64,000 nucleotides of DNA from Chiloscyllium plagiosum (lineage: Eukaryota), in contig NC_057734.1 of NCBI RefSeq assembly GCF_004010195.1, positions 39,533,520 to 39,597,519 on the forward strand, read 5' to 3'. Under the pieces are notes generated by a model. It ran no database searches. It saw only the letters and a program-made list of their open reading frames with translations, and had not been told where the DNA came from. This document shows, in pieces, positions 51,456-62,384 of the stretch (the stretch's first letter is position 1; every line of letters begins with the position of its first letter). Made by a program: the position numbers and the translations under genes.

Positions 51456-53867
51456 TGGCCACATGGAAATGTTCCTTAGAATGCACAGAGATTTGTTATG
51501 TAGTACGTGAGGAAGTTTAACAGGTGAATTTAGCAGCTAGTGTTTTTCAGAAACACCATTCTTCATCTGTCTGAAAAGCAAATGTTTCAAAACAGTTTGA
51601 AGAAGCAGTTATGAAGCTGTTACAGCTTCTAAATGTGCCTCCTTACTACTAAAGGGTCAGGACATTTGTTGGGGAATTGGATTATCAGCGCTGACATATC
51701 GCTTTCATATGTTGTTGATTGGGAAATTGGCAGCAATCACAATCTACCCCATCACTAGCCCCAGGCTTTTTTCACCTGAAGTTTTCTTTGGAGTTCTTAC
51801 TTTGCTCTTCAGTGAAGTCTGCTTAGGCATGGAATATTAACCACATTACAATTCCATGCTGCAACGTTTCATCCCCCTTTTCTCTCTCCAGCAAAACAAG
51901 ACCAGAAATTGCTGACTCAATTATCTTAAGGTAAACTAAGAGTTCCTATATAAAACAGGAAGAATCTATTACCCTATAGTTTTCTTTCTTCCTGTTCATG
52001 TGGAACTGTCCCCTTCAGGGGTATTACTGAAATAAGGGGTACGCTGTGAGATTGCGCAGGAGCGCATCTGCATCTTGTTACCACATGTTCTTGATGTAGG
52101 CCCAGGAGCAAGAATCCAGGTTGTATTGTAGAACTTCACAAAGAAGTTGTAATATGACAAGGAAACATCCTCCCACCTACAGTGAATGATCTCCACAAAG
52201 GTAGGACAAGGAGCTGAGACCCCAGCGCATTCTAGCCAGAGCAGAGACAACATGCATTTTTATATACAAGATGTAGTCTATAGCCATGAATAGTTACAGT
52301 AAAGGTTCCAATTTTTTTCGAACTGATGGTTGGAAATCACATCGCATAGCTGATCAGGATTGTATTCCACATTCACCATCTGACATTGTGAGATGTTACT
52401 TGTTCTTCTGAACCTGTTTGACAGGGTTGTGAGTGCGCCTTCCTTGGTCGTCGAGTCCTGGAGTGGGTCTTGAACCCAGAGCTTTTGGCTCAGAGGGCGA
52501 GCCAGTCCCCAGTACTCAAAGCAGGGAAACTAATGATGAATAATGGAGCTTAGATCTGTCCAGGCATTTGTAGTTTGATTTAAGTGAAGAACACTATCCT
52601 TTAGTAATTGGTGAGTTGAACCTGATAAACATTTTTGCTTAAATTAGTTTTAACCCTCAAGTGTATTTTTAGAAAAAATGACTTCATAGCTGTGAGATGA
52701 ATGTTTATTGCAATGAGGGTGTTTGACTGGTAGGTAGCAGTATGTGCTGATGTTGTTTATTATCTGACCAGTTTTTGCTGTAGCAGTAATGTTCAGTGTC
52801 TGTTTTCGCGATATAAAATCAGTAATAGCAATTAGTGCTATGTTTAGGTCATTGACATTGTGGCCTCCAGCACAGCTGTAAAGTGCTGATCCAAGCCAAT
52901 TGTCAATTGATGTGACAACACCCTAGTATGAATTTGACTGATTTGTATGGCAAATGCTTGAAATCTAATTAATGCGAGATGTGCAATTGTATTATTGAAC
53001 TGATTATATCACATTGAGGTCCGGCAGCATCAATTAGGAGAGAAATACATTTGACATTTTGAGTCCAATATGACTCCTCTTCAGTTCTGAAGCATTAACT
53101 CTGTTTCTTGCTCCATAGATGCTGTGATTTCCAGCATCCACAGTTTTTTTGCTTTTATATAACCAAGAGGCTTGCTAATGCCCACCCAAGCTGAAGTGGC
53201 AGCACTATAAGTGAGCAGTATTGCTGTCAGTGGAGAAGCCTTAAAGTGGTGACTGTCTGAGGAACTTTAAATGGGCACTTGTGCCAGTGACAAACCTAAA
53301 TATTTGCTGCTGACACCTGATGCAAGGGCTGTTATTTTTCCAGGGCTACCAGTATGGTAACCCACCCAGACAGGGAAGATTTGAATTTACATTTGACCTT
53401 TTCTGACCTCTGGATGTCTCAAAGTATTTCATAACTAATGAAGCACTTTTGAACTGTAGTCACTAGTAAGGAAAGTACTCAGCAAGATCAATGTAGATAC
53501 CTATATTCCCACTCACTGCAATGATATAAGTGACTTGGAGTAATCTGTTTAGTCATGTTTGTTTGAGTGATAAATTATGCCTAAGGCTTAGAAGCCCCCT
53601 CACAGCTCTTGAGATCTTTGAGACTGCAAATGGGGCCTTGGTGTAATATCCCAATCTGAAAGAAGAAGCTCAAACCATACAGTGTTTCCTAAATACTGAA
53701 GTGTCAGTCTGGAGTATGCATACAAGTGTCTGGAACATATTGTACATGAATCTCGTCACCATCTGACTCAGGCAAGTATACCCTGACAGCTGAAATGGGT
53801 TTATTAATCCATAAGTGACCTCCACCATTAGAAGCACGACAGCCAGAGCTAAGTCATGATATAAAAA

Positions 53868-54210
53868 TGATGTGGAGGAGCCAGTGTTGGACTGGCATGT
53901 ACAAAGTTAAAATTCTCACAACACCAGGTTATAGTCCAACAGGTTTATTTGTAAGCACTAGCTTTCGAAGCGCTGCTCCTTCTTCAGATGGTTGTAGAGT
54001 AGGACCATAAGACATAGAATTTATAGCAAAAGATTACAGTGTCATGCAAGTAAAATGATATGTTTAACAAACCTAGATTGTCATTAAGTCTTTCATCTTT
54101 TAGACAACACAACCTACTCCACAACCATCTGAAGAAGGAGCGGTACTCTGAAAGCTAGTGCTTACAAATGAACCTGTTGGACTATAACCTAGTGTTGTGT
54201 GAATTTTAAC
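53868..54210. mobile_element. Penelope-like terminus (third family) with inverted arms and two hammerhead motifs
   Basis: Inverted arms at about 53906-54002 and 54113-54210; near-TSD GA(T/C)ATAAAAA at 53858 and 54211. Confidence 0.8.
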
Positions 54211-54521
54211 GACATAAAAACATAAAGCAACATTGAAACATCAGGCAGGTGTCTGTGATGCAAGCTTGTGAGTACTATATATTGGGACTTGCACAGAAGA
54301 ATCTATTATCAGGGCCTTCTATGATCAGTTCAGATTGCTCAATGTCAGGTAATTAGTTAATCATTCATATCAGGTTGCTTTTACTTGCTTGAATTGTTAT
54401 TTTTCAAGCAAATGTGGCATCTGTTTCATTGAGGCAATTTTTTGAAGTGCTTGTGATTGCCGTTCATCATTGTCGGAGCATCAGTGCAGAGACTAGTGCA
54501 TCTATTGCCACTCCGAGGTAT

Positions 54522-55068
54522 GATTAGATTCCCTACAGTGTGGAAACAGGCCCTTCAGCCCAATCAGTCCACACTGATCCTCCGAAGAATAACCCACCCA
54601 GACCCATTTCCCTCTGACTAATGCACCTAATGCTATGGGCAATTTAGCATGGCCAATTCACCTGACCTGCACATCTTTGGATTGTGGAAACCGGAGTACC
54701 TGGAGGAAACCCACGCAGATAGTTGCCCGAGGCTGGAATCGAACCTGGGACCCTGGTGCTGTGAGGCAGAAGTGCTAGCCAGTGTGCCGCCTCAAAGTTT
54801 TTTAGATTATATTAGATTCCCTACAGTGTGGAAACAGGCCCTTTGGCCCAACAACGACCCTCCGGAGAGAAACCCACCCAGACCCATTCCCCTACATTTT
54901 ACTCCTGACTAATGCACACCTTTGGACTGTGGGAGGAAACCGGACCAAACCCACGCAGACACAGGAGAATGTGCAAACTCCACACAGACTGTTGTCTGAG
55001 GTGGGAATTGAACCCAGGACCCTGGCGCTGTGAGGCAGCAGTGCTAACCACTGAGCCACCGTGCCGCC
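54522..55068 (-). mobile_element. Two tandem HE1/V-SINE-like SINEs
   Basis: Two ATTAGATTCCCTACAGTGTGGAAACAGGCC tails (54523, 54811), each followed by a reverse-complement tRNA head. Confidence 0.85.
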
Positions 55069-55440
55069 CCTATCTTCCCTATATCTGTGGAACCCCTGCT
55101 TAAGACTGAGAAGTAACAGTTTACATGGGTTAAGAGTGTCTACTTTCATTATCTGGCTGAAAATTATAATTCATTTGATTATCCTTTGAGTAGAATTACA
55201 CAACTCAAGATCAGCATATAAGAAGCACAAAGTGTTTTTGCTAGAGAAGTTAAGAAAACATCTTGGTCATCTGATGATGTTCAAATCTCCATCAGATCCT
55301 TTACTGGACTGAGTACATATCATTAGACTTTCGGATGGTTCTAAATGCATAAAATGATTGCACAGTTTTATGGGGTTTGTTTCACTTCTGTTTTAACTGA
55401 TGCACACAAGTCCTCAACTATTTTGTGTCAAATATTACAG

Positions 55441-55876
55441 TGATTCAGACAGTGAATGGGAGCGGCTGAAGGAAGCAGCAGTTACGAGTAGTGATATACT
55501 CCAACAAAGTTCCCTCTTCAGCACACAGTTGGAGATAAACCAGTCTGAAAATCTCATCAAGGATGAAGACAAAGGAAAGAAGAGAAAGAGGAAGAAGAAG
55601 AAAAAGAGAAAGGTAATCATGGAAAGTGAAGATAATTTAGTCAAAGGCAGCGATCAGAAAGGAGTTGAACAAATGTCTGATGTCGATGTAAAAGGGAAAT
55701 CAGAGCAGGTGTGCAAAGTCGTGGCAAAAGGACAGGAACAAACTAAACAGGCTGACCTTGAAAGGAGCAAAAAGAAAAAAATGAACCACAAAACTGCTAG
55801 TTGTGAACTTGAAAGTGTTAAAACAAGCTTTTCTCAAACAAAGAGAAAGAAAGTTCCTTTAACAGATGGGTCATAA
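55441..55876 (+). CDS. C12orf43: CUSTOS exon 6 (last), Lys-rich C-terminus
   Basis: TACAG acceptor; DSDSEWERLKEAAVTSSDILQQS followed by KKRKRKKKKKRK basic tract; TAA at 55874-55876. Confidence 0.92.
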
Positions 55877-55938
55877 CAGGGCACTACAGTTCTATGTGCT
55901 CTTATCTTTCAAAGAATTGTTTATTTCAAGTGCTTTCA

Positions 55939-55944
55939 AATAAA
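55939..55944 (+). terminator. Candidate polyadenylation signal for CUSTOS
   Basis: AATAAA about 60 nt after the stop codon, followed by T/GT-rich sequence. Confidence 0.4.
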
Positions 55945-56315
55945 CCAGTTGGAATATAACCTGATGTGTGATTTTTAACTTTATTTCAAGCGACAGTTTG
56001 CAAGCTCCTTTGTTCCTCTCATTTTGTATACTTTTGTTTTGGCAGTTACTTTGAAGTAAAACAATTTTCAAAAGAGATGAGGAAATAATGATTTCCTGCT
56101 TGCTGCTGTTCTGCCTTTGGGAGAATGTCTTTGAATGGAGAGCTGCTAGGGCTGATTCAGCTGAACTGTGTATAACCAGCTGTCACTGGAGGGAATTCAC
56201 ACTGTAAAAATCATTGTTCCATGTATCTCCATTGTACCTTCTCAAAAAGATAATGGATCCTTAATTCATTGGTTTTTGCACTTGCTTTAGTTTGATTTAT
56301 GTCTGAAATTTGTAC

Positions 56316-58400
56316 AAAAGAACAAAGAACAAAAGAGAAGTACCGTACAGGAGCAGGCCCTTCAGCCATCCAAGCCTGTGCTGATCATCATGCTGGAACT
56401 AAACTAATAAACAAACTTTCCTTTTTTGGTCCATATCCCTCAATTCGCTCCTTATTTATGTAACCATCCAGATGCATCTTAAATGTCACTGATGTGCCCG
56501 CTTCCACCACCCCTTCTAGCAGTGTGTTCCAGGATACAGCCACTCTCTGCGTAAAAGACTTGTCTCGCACACCTCCCTTAAACTTTCCCCCTCTCACCTT
56601 GAACCTATGCCCCTTTGTAATTGAAACTTCAACCATGAAAAAGCCTCTGTCTATCCACCTTATCTGTGCCCCTCATAATTTTGTGGACCTCTATCTGGTC
56701 TCCTCTCAGCCATGTGGGGTCAGCGAGTGACAAAAATGGCCTCTTTTATCATAGCACAGCACTAGTTTGAGGTGGCAATAGAATCCCAAAATAAACTTCT
56801 TAAAAGAGCCCTTTTATGCACAGTTCCTACGTATATTACAATTCTGTTATTATGGTGTTACATTTTTTTATCTATAGTACACAAAGGTTTGAGGGGCTTC
56901 TGTCCTGGGAGACAGGAGATGGGTTAAAACATGTGCTAAGTGCTAGCTGCTACTTCTGATGGGATAAAGAGTGTCTGTCTGGTCTGCTTGCATAATTAAG
57001 AGGTGTTAGTCCTTTTGTCTTTTAAGTTAGTAAAAATACTAGGCTATATGTTCTAAATAAGTTAGAAGTTGTACCTGTGTCTATTAAAAGAATAAAGGAT
57101 ATTCAACTGATTACTGCAGCTGAGTTCTGAGATTTGTTTACCATTTGCCAGAATGAGTTTCATTCATTCATGCAATTTCATGGAAGTGCGGTATTGTCAG
57201 TTAGTTCCTTAAAGGGGTAATGACCCAGTTAAACTAATTGGGGAAACTGTTTGGTGTTCTGTAATCTATTCAGATCCAGGAGATGGTTGGTAAGGACTGA
57301 TTAATATCATAATGTTTCGTGGAGACGTAATGACAGGGATGGTATTGTTCTGTAGGCTGCATTTATTCAGAGGTAAACACTGCTTGTAGCAAGGGCTGAT
57401 AAGGTGTGAAAGTGCAGTAATGGGTTTGAAAGGGTTGTTTTGATTAGAAAGGGTTGTTTTAAATTTGATCTAATGATAGTAAAATATGCTACAGAACTGT
57501 GGTTTAATGAATGAATGAATGAAAGTGTGTTATGGTAAATAACGGGTTAGTAAAGCATTATGAATGAATGAACAGGAACCTGAATATATGAATATAGCGA
57601 GCTGGTGAGTGAATTAATAAAGGTAAACTATAATGCAATATCTCATAACACAGTATCTCTCAGTTGTCATATTTCCAGTGAAAACAATTCCAGTTTTTTT
57701 TAACCTTGCCTCATAGCCAATGTCCTCGAGACCAGGCAACATCCTAGTGAACCTTCTCTGCACTCTCTCTACAGCTTCCACACCCTTCTGGTAGTGTGAC
57801 GACCAAAAGTGCACACAGTACTCCAAGTGCAGCCTAACAAGGGTTTTATATTGCTGCAACATGATTTTGCCAACTCTTGTACTCCAAATGAAGGACAGTG
57901 TGTCATACGCCGCCTTAATCACCTTGGCCATCCATGTTGCCACTCTTAAGGAACTGTGGACCTGGATGCCCAGACCTGTCTGTATGTTAATGTTTCTAAG
58001 GATTTTGCCATTTAAAGTATAATTCACACCTCCGAAATGCTTCACCTTGCGTTTGTCGGGATTAAACTCCATCTGCCATTTTTGTGCCCAAGTCGCCAAT
58101 CTATCTATATCCAGTTGTGTCCTTTTGCAATCGTCGGCACTATCAGCAACTCCACAAATCTTCGCGTCATCTGCAAATTTATTAATTAGACCACCCACAT
58201 TTTCCTCCAGGTCATTTTTATCTACTACAAACAACAGAGGACCTAAGACTGATCCCTGTGAAATGCTGCCAATTACCGGTTTCCATTCTGAAAAATTACC
58301 TTTCACTACTACCCTCTGTCTTCTATGACCGAGCCAGTTTTGTATCCATCTAGCCAGCCCACCCTAAGTTCTGTGTGATTTTAGTTTTTGTCCACGTGTG
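56316..58400 (-). mobile_element. CR1 LINE interrupted by a ~940-bp insertion (56713-57650)
   Basis: ORF 57614-58306 QGSVLGPLLF..FADD; 3' end at about 56316 (AGAACAA repeats on the + strand). Confidence 0.88.
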
Positions 58401-58539
58401 CCCCTTCATAAGGACAAAGTGGATAGCGATTGGGAGCCAAACTTCAGCTGATCATTTTTTTTCTTGAAATAATTTCTCAATGATACAGGAAAGCTTAGTA
58501 AATTTTCATTTCTGTGCTTCTGGGATCAAATGTACTTGA

Positions 58540-61090
58540 ACAAATTACAGTTGAGAAGGAGAAGGTATTACTGTTTTCAGCAGCCTTAAAATTGGTTAAG
58601 TCCCCGGGGCCTGATGAGATGTATTCCAAGCTCCTGTAAGAGGCAAAGGAGAAGGTTATAGAGGCCCTGACTTTAATATTTAAACCTTATCTGGACATCG
58701 GAGATGTGCCAGAGGATTGGAGGACAGCTGATGTGATACCAGCAATGTTAGCATTCATTTCAGGAGGATAAGAATACAAAAGCAGGGATGTTTTGATGAG
58801 GCTGTAAAAGGCTCTAGTCAGGCCTCATTTGGAATATTTTGAGCAGTTTTGGGCCGCATATCTCAAGAAGGTTTTGGATGAGGTCCAGAAGAGGTTCACA
58901 AGAATGATCTCTTGTCATATGAGGAGCATTTGAGCACTCGGGTATTGTACTCAATGGAATTTAGAAGGATGAGAGAAGAATCTTATTGAAACTTAAAGAA
59001 TACTGAGAGGTCTGGATAGAATTGACATGGAGAAGATGTTTCCAGTAGTAGGAGAGACTAGGATTCGAGGATACAGCTGAAGAGTGAATGATGACCCTTC
59101 AGAACTGTGATGAGATGGAATTTCTTCAGCAAGAGGGTGTTGAATCTATGGAACTCATTGGTGCAGAAAGCTGTGGAGGGATCTTCAATTCTTCATTAAT
59201 AAGCAGATCAAGGGTAATGGGGAGAAGGTAGGAGAATGGAATTGAGAAATATATCAGCCACGGTCAAATGATGAAACAGACTCAAGTTGCTGGAAAAGCT
59301 CAGCAGGTCTGGCAGCTAAATCAGAGTTAATGTTTTGGGTCAAATGATCCTTTCTCAGATGGAAGAGACTCGATGGGCTGAACAGCCTAATTTTGCTCCT
59401 CTAATAGTCTTTAAAGAAGTATGGCAAGGATAAACTAGGGAACTGTAGACTAGTGAGTCCAATATCAGTGGTACAGTAGCTATTGGAAAAAGGGTTGAAG
59501 GACAGATTAATTTCTAAAAGAAAAGGCAAGGGTTAATAAAGGATAGTAAGTGTGGCTTTGTCTGGGAGATCATGTCTGACAGGTTTGATTGAGCTTTTTG
59601 AGGAGATAGCTAGATTTGTAGATGAAGGTAGTGCAGTGGATGCAGTCTCCATGGATTTTAGTAAGGCTTTTGACAAGTTCTCGCATGGAAGACTGGCCAA
59701 GAATGTAAGAACTCAGGGGATTCAGAACAATTTATTAAATTCGATCCAAAATTGGCTTCCTAGTGAGAGGCAGAGGATAATGGCTGAAGGTTGTTTTTCA
59801 GACTGGAAGTGGAGTACCATTAGATTTGGTGGTGGGTCTTTTATTGTTTGTTGTGACCATTAATGAATTGGACATGAAGGTGGGAAGTTTGATTAATAAG
59901 TTTGAGCTGACACAAAGATCGGTATGGTAAATAGTAAGAAGGAAAACTTTAGACAATGGGACAATACCGAAGGGCTGGTCAGATGGGCAGAACAGTGGCA
60001 ATGGAATTTAATATTGAGAAGTGTGATGTCATTTTGGGAGGACTAATAAGTTGGGGTATACACATTTAATGGGAGGTCCCTAGGAAGTACAGTAGCACCT
60101 CGACATACAAACGACCCCGTTCATGAACAAATCTGTTTACGAACAGGATTGTACGTAAACTTTTGCTTCAATATACATATGAAATTCAAGGTACGAACAA
60201 AGGTGAACATTTTAAATGACAATGTGAGTCCCATTTTCGGAAAATTCTGCAACAAAGAAAAAAACAAGTTTCTCTGGATCGTTTTCTTGTGGCATCACCA
60301 ACCTCCAAGAGACAAAAAAGAGAAAAGACTCCGGAAATATCTGAACAATGGGAAAATTGATTCAGTTCGCGAACCGGGTCCCGGAACGGATTAAGTTCGT
60401 AAGTCGAGGCGCTATTGTAGAGAGGATCAGCGGTACCTTGGTGTGCATTTCCACAAGTCCTTGAAGGCAGCAGGACAGGTGCATAATGTGGTTAAGAAGG
60501 CATATGGGATACTTGCCTTTATTAGTCAAGGGATTGTATACAAGAGCAGGGAGGTTTTAGTGGAGTGAATGAAACATTGGTTAGGCTACAGCTGGAATAC
60601 TGTGTGCCTCATTTTAAAATGAGATTCACCAGGATATTGCCAGAGCTGGAGCATTTCAACTATGGAGAAAGGCTGGATAGGCTGTGGCTGTTCGCCTTAA
60701 TGCAGGGAAGGCTTAGGGAGGAATCTGATTGAGGTGTACAAAATTATGAGTGGAATAGATAGGGTAGATCAGGGAGAAACGTTTCCTCTTAGTAGGGGGA
60801 TCAATGACCAGTAAGTACAGATTTAAGGTAAAGGGCAGGTTATTTAGAGGGGATTTAAAAAAGAATTTTTTCACCCAGAGGATGACAGGTATCTGAAAAT
60901 CCCTGCCTGAAACAGTAGTAGAGGCAGAGACCATTGCAACATTTAAGAAGAATGATCACTTGAAATGCTATAGCATGCCAGGCTATGAGCCAAGTGCTGG
61001 AAAATGTGACTGGAGTAAGAGGGATGCTTGATGACTGATATGGACACATTGAGCTGAAAGGCCTGTTTCCATGCTATAAAACTTTGACTT
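58540..61090 (+). mobile_element. Composite degenerate CR1 with a nested CR1 fragment and a MITE
   Basis: KSPGPD, DFSKAFDK and C-terminal motifs across frameshifts. Confidence 0.8.
60090..60417. mobile_element. Tigger/pogo-like MITE inside CR1
   Basis: TA|CAGTAGCACCTCGACATAC ... GTAAGTCGAGGCGCTATTG|TA; CR1 sequence resumes on both sides. Confidence 0.85.
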
Positions 61091-62165
61091 TATGATTTGA
61101 AATAAGTAATGGTAAATCATAGTTTTTCCCACTCTGTAGAGTTTGCTTAGCTCCATTTATATCATAAACTTATCGGGTATTCTGATGGAGTTAGCTGAAG
61201 TAGAGGAGGCTTGTGTGAAATATAAACACAAGAATAGACCTTTCTAACCAAATGGCCTGTTTCTATGCTGTGAATGTAATGAGCCACACAAGTGAAGCTT
61301 ATTACCCAAAGAAAGTCCATGTTGATAAATGACCAGAAGGGAAGCATTTGACACTTTGCTATCTAAATTCCAGTTCAGTTATTTATTTTGAAACTAATAT
61401 TGATTTTCTTTTGTTACCAAACATATTAAGGGATTTAGGACAAAGCTGGGTAAGTCAGAGATTCTTCACAATCTTGTCAAATGATGGAATAAGTTCAAGT
61501 GTTGAAATACTCCTGTTCCCATGTCTGTTATAAGTTCTTACTAATTAATTGGATAAAATAACACCCCTGGTACAAGTTGTCTATTACATTATTCGCACAA
61601 CACCTAAATGCTTTTACTTCCCTATTTTTATGGGACATTGAACTATTAAAAGTGAGTTACCAACATCGCCAGTTGTCCAGATCGGCTGGGCCTTTAGGTA
61701 TATCTAATTGGATGATCATCCTCTGCATTGACAGAATTTTTTTTTGATAGTGCAGAACAGAATAAATGTGTCAATCATCAACGTAATCATTTTGAATACG
61801 TGTTTCTCAGGTGATTTGGATAAGACTGTACTTGACAAAAATTGTATTGCCAGTACACGCAGGTTTTATATAAAATAAGCCCTGAAAGACATCAAATTTA
61901 AATTACTTGGTCTGGTATTTTGATGAAGCTACTGACCCTTTATTTACTTGGGTGAGCAGCTTTATTAAAATGATAATGATGTTCTTGTGTGTAATCCCAG
62001 TCTAACCATTTAGCTTTCTATACCATGCTGACTGTACTGACTAAGATGATTTTGTGTATTAGTTAGATGGGGGAAGGATTGCAGAAAGTTGCAGCACGGA
62101 GGGATTTTTGAATCTTTGTGCATGAGTCTCAAAAAAACCTAGTATCCAAGTTCAGTGGGTAACAG

Positions 62166-62384
62166 TTGAAACTTTATTGCTGGAACAGCACAGCAGGTCA
62201 GGCAGCATCCAGGGAACAGGAGATTCGACGTTTCGGGCACAGGCCCTTCTTCAGGAATGCCTGAAGAAGGGCCTGTGCCCCAAACGTCGAATCTCCTGTT
62301 CCCTCGATGCTGCCTGACCTGCTGTGCTGTTCCAGCAATAAAGTTTCAACTTTGATCTCCAGCATCTGCAGACCTCACTTTCTC
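62166..62384. mobile_element. Near-perfect palindromic Penelope-terminus insertion in an old CR1
   Basis: 13-bp TSD CAGTGGGTAACAG at 62153-62165 and 62385-62397; 91-bp inverted arms. Confidence 0.92.
62223..62258 (-). ncRNA. Minimal type I hammerhead ribozyme motif
   Basis: AUUC-CUGAAGA-A-GGGC(CUGU)GCCC-GAAAC-GUC-GAAU: 4-bp stem I, 4-bp stem II. Confidence 0.7.

Noticed and set aside
51996-52253. 85-aa minus-strand ORF in non-repeat intronic DNA
   Set aside because: No recognisable protein similarity or supporting gene structure
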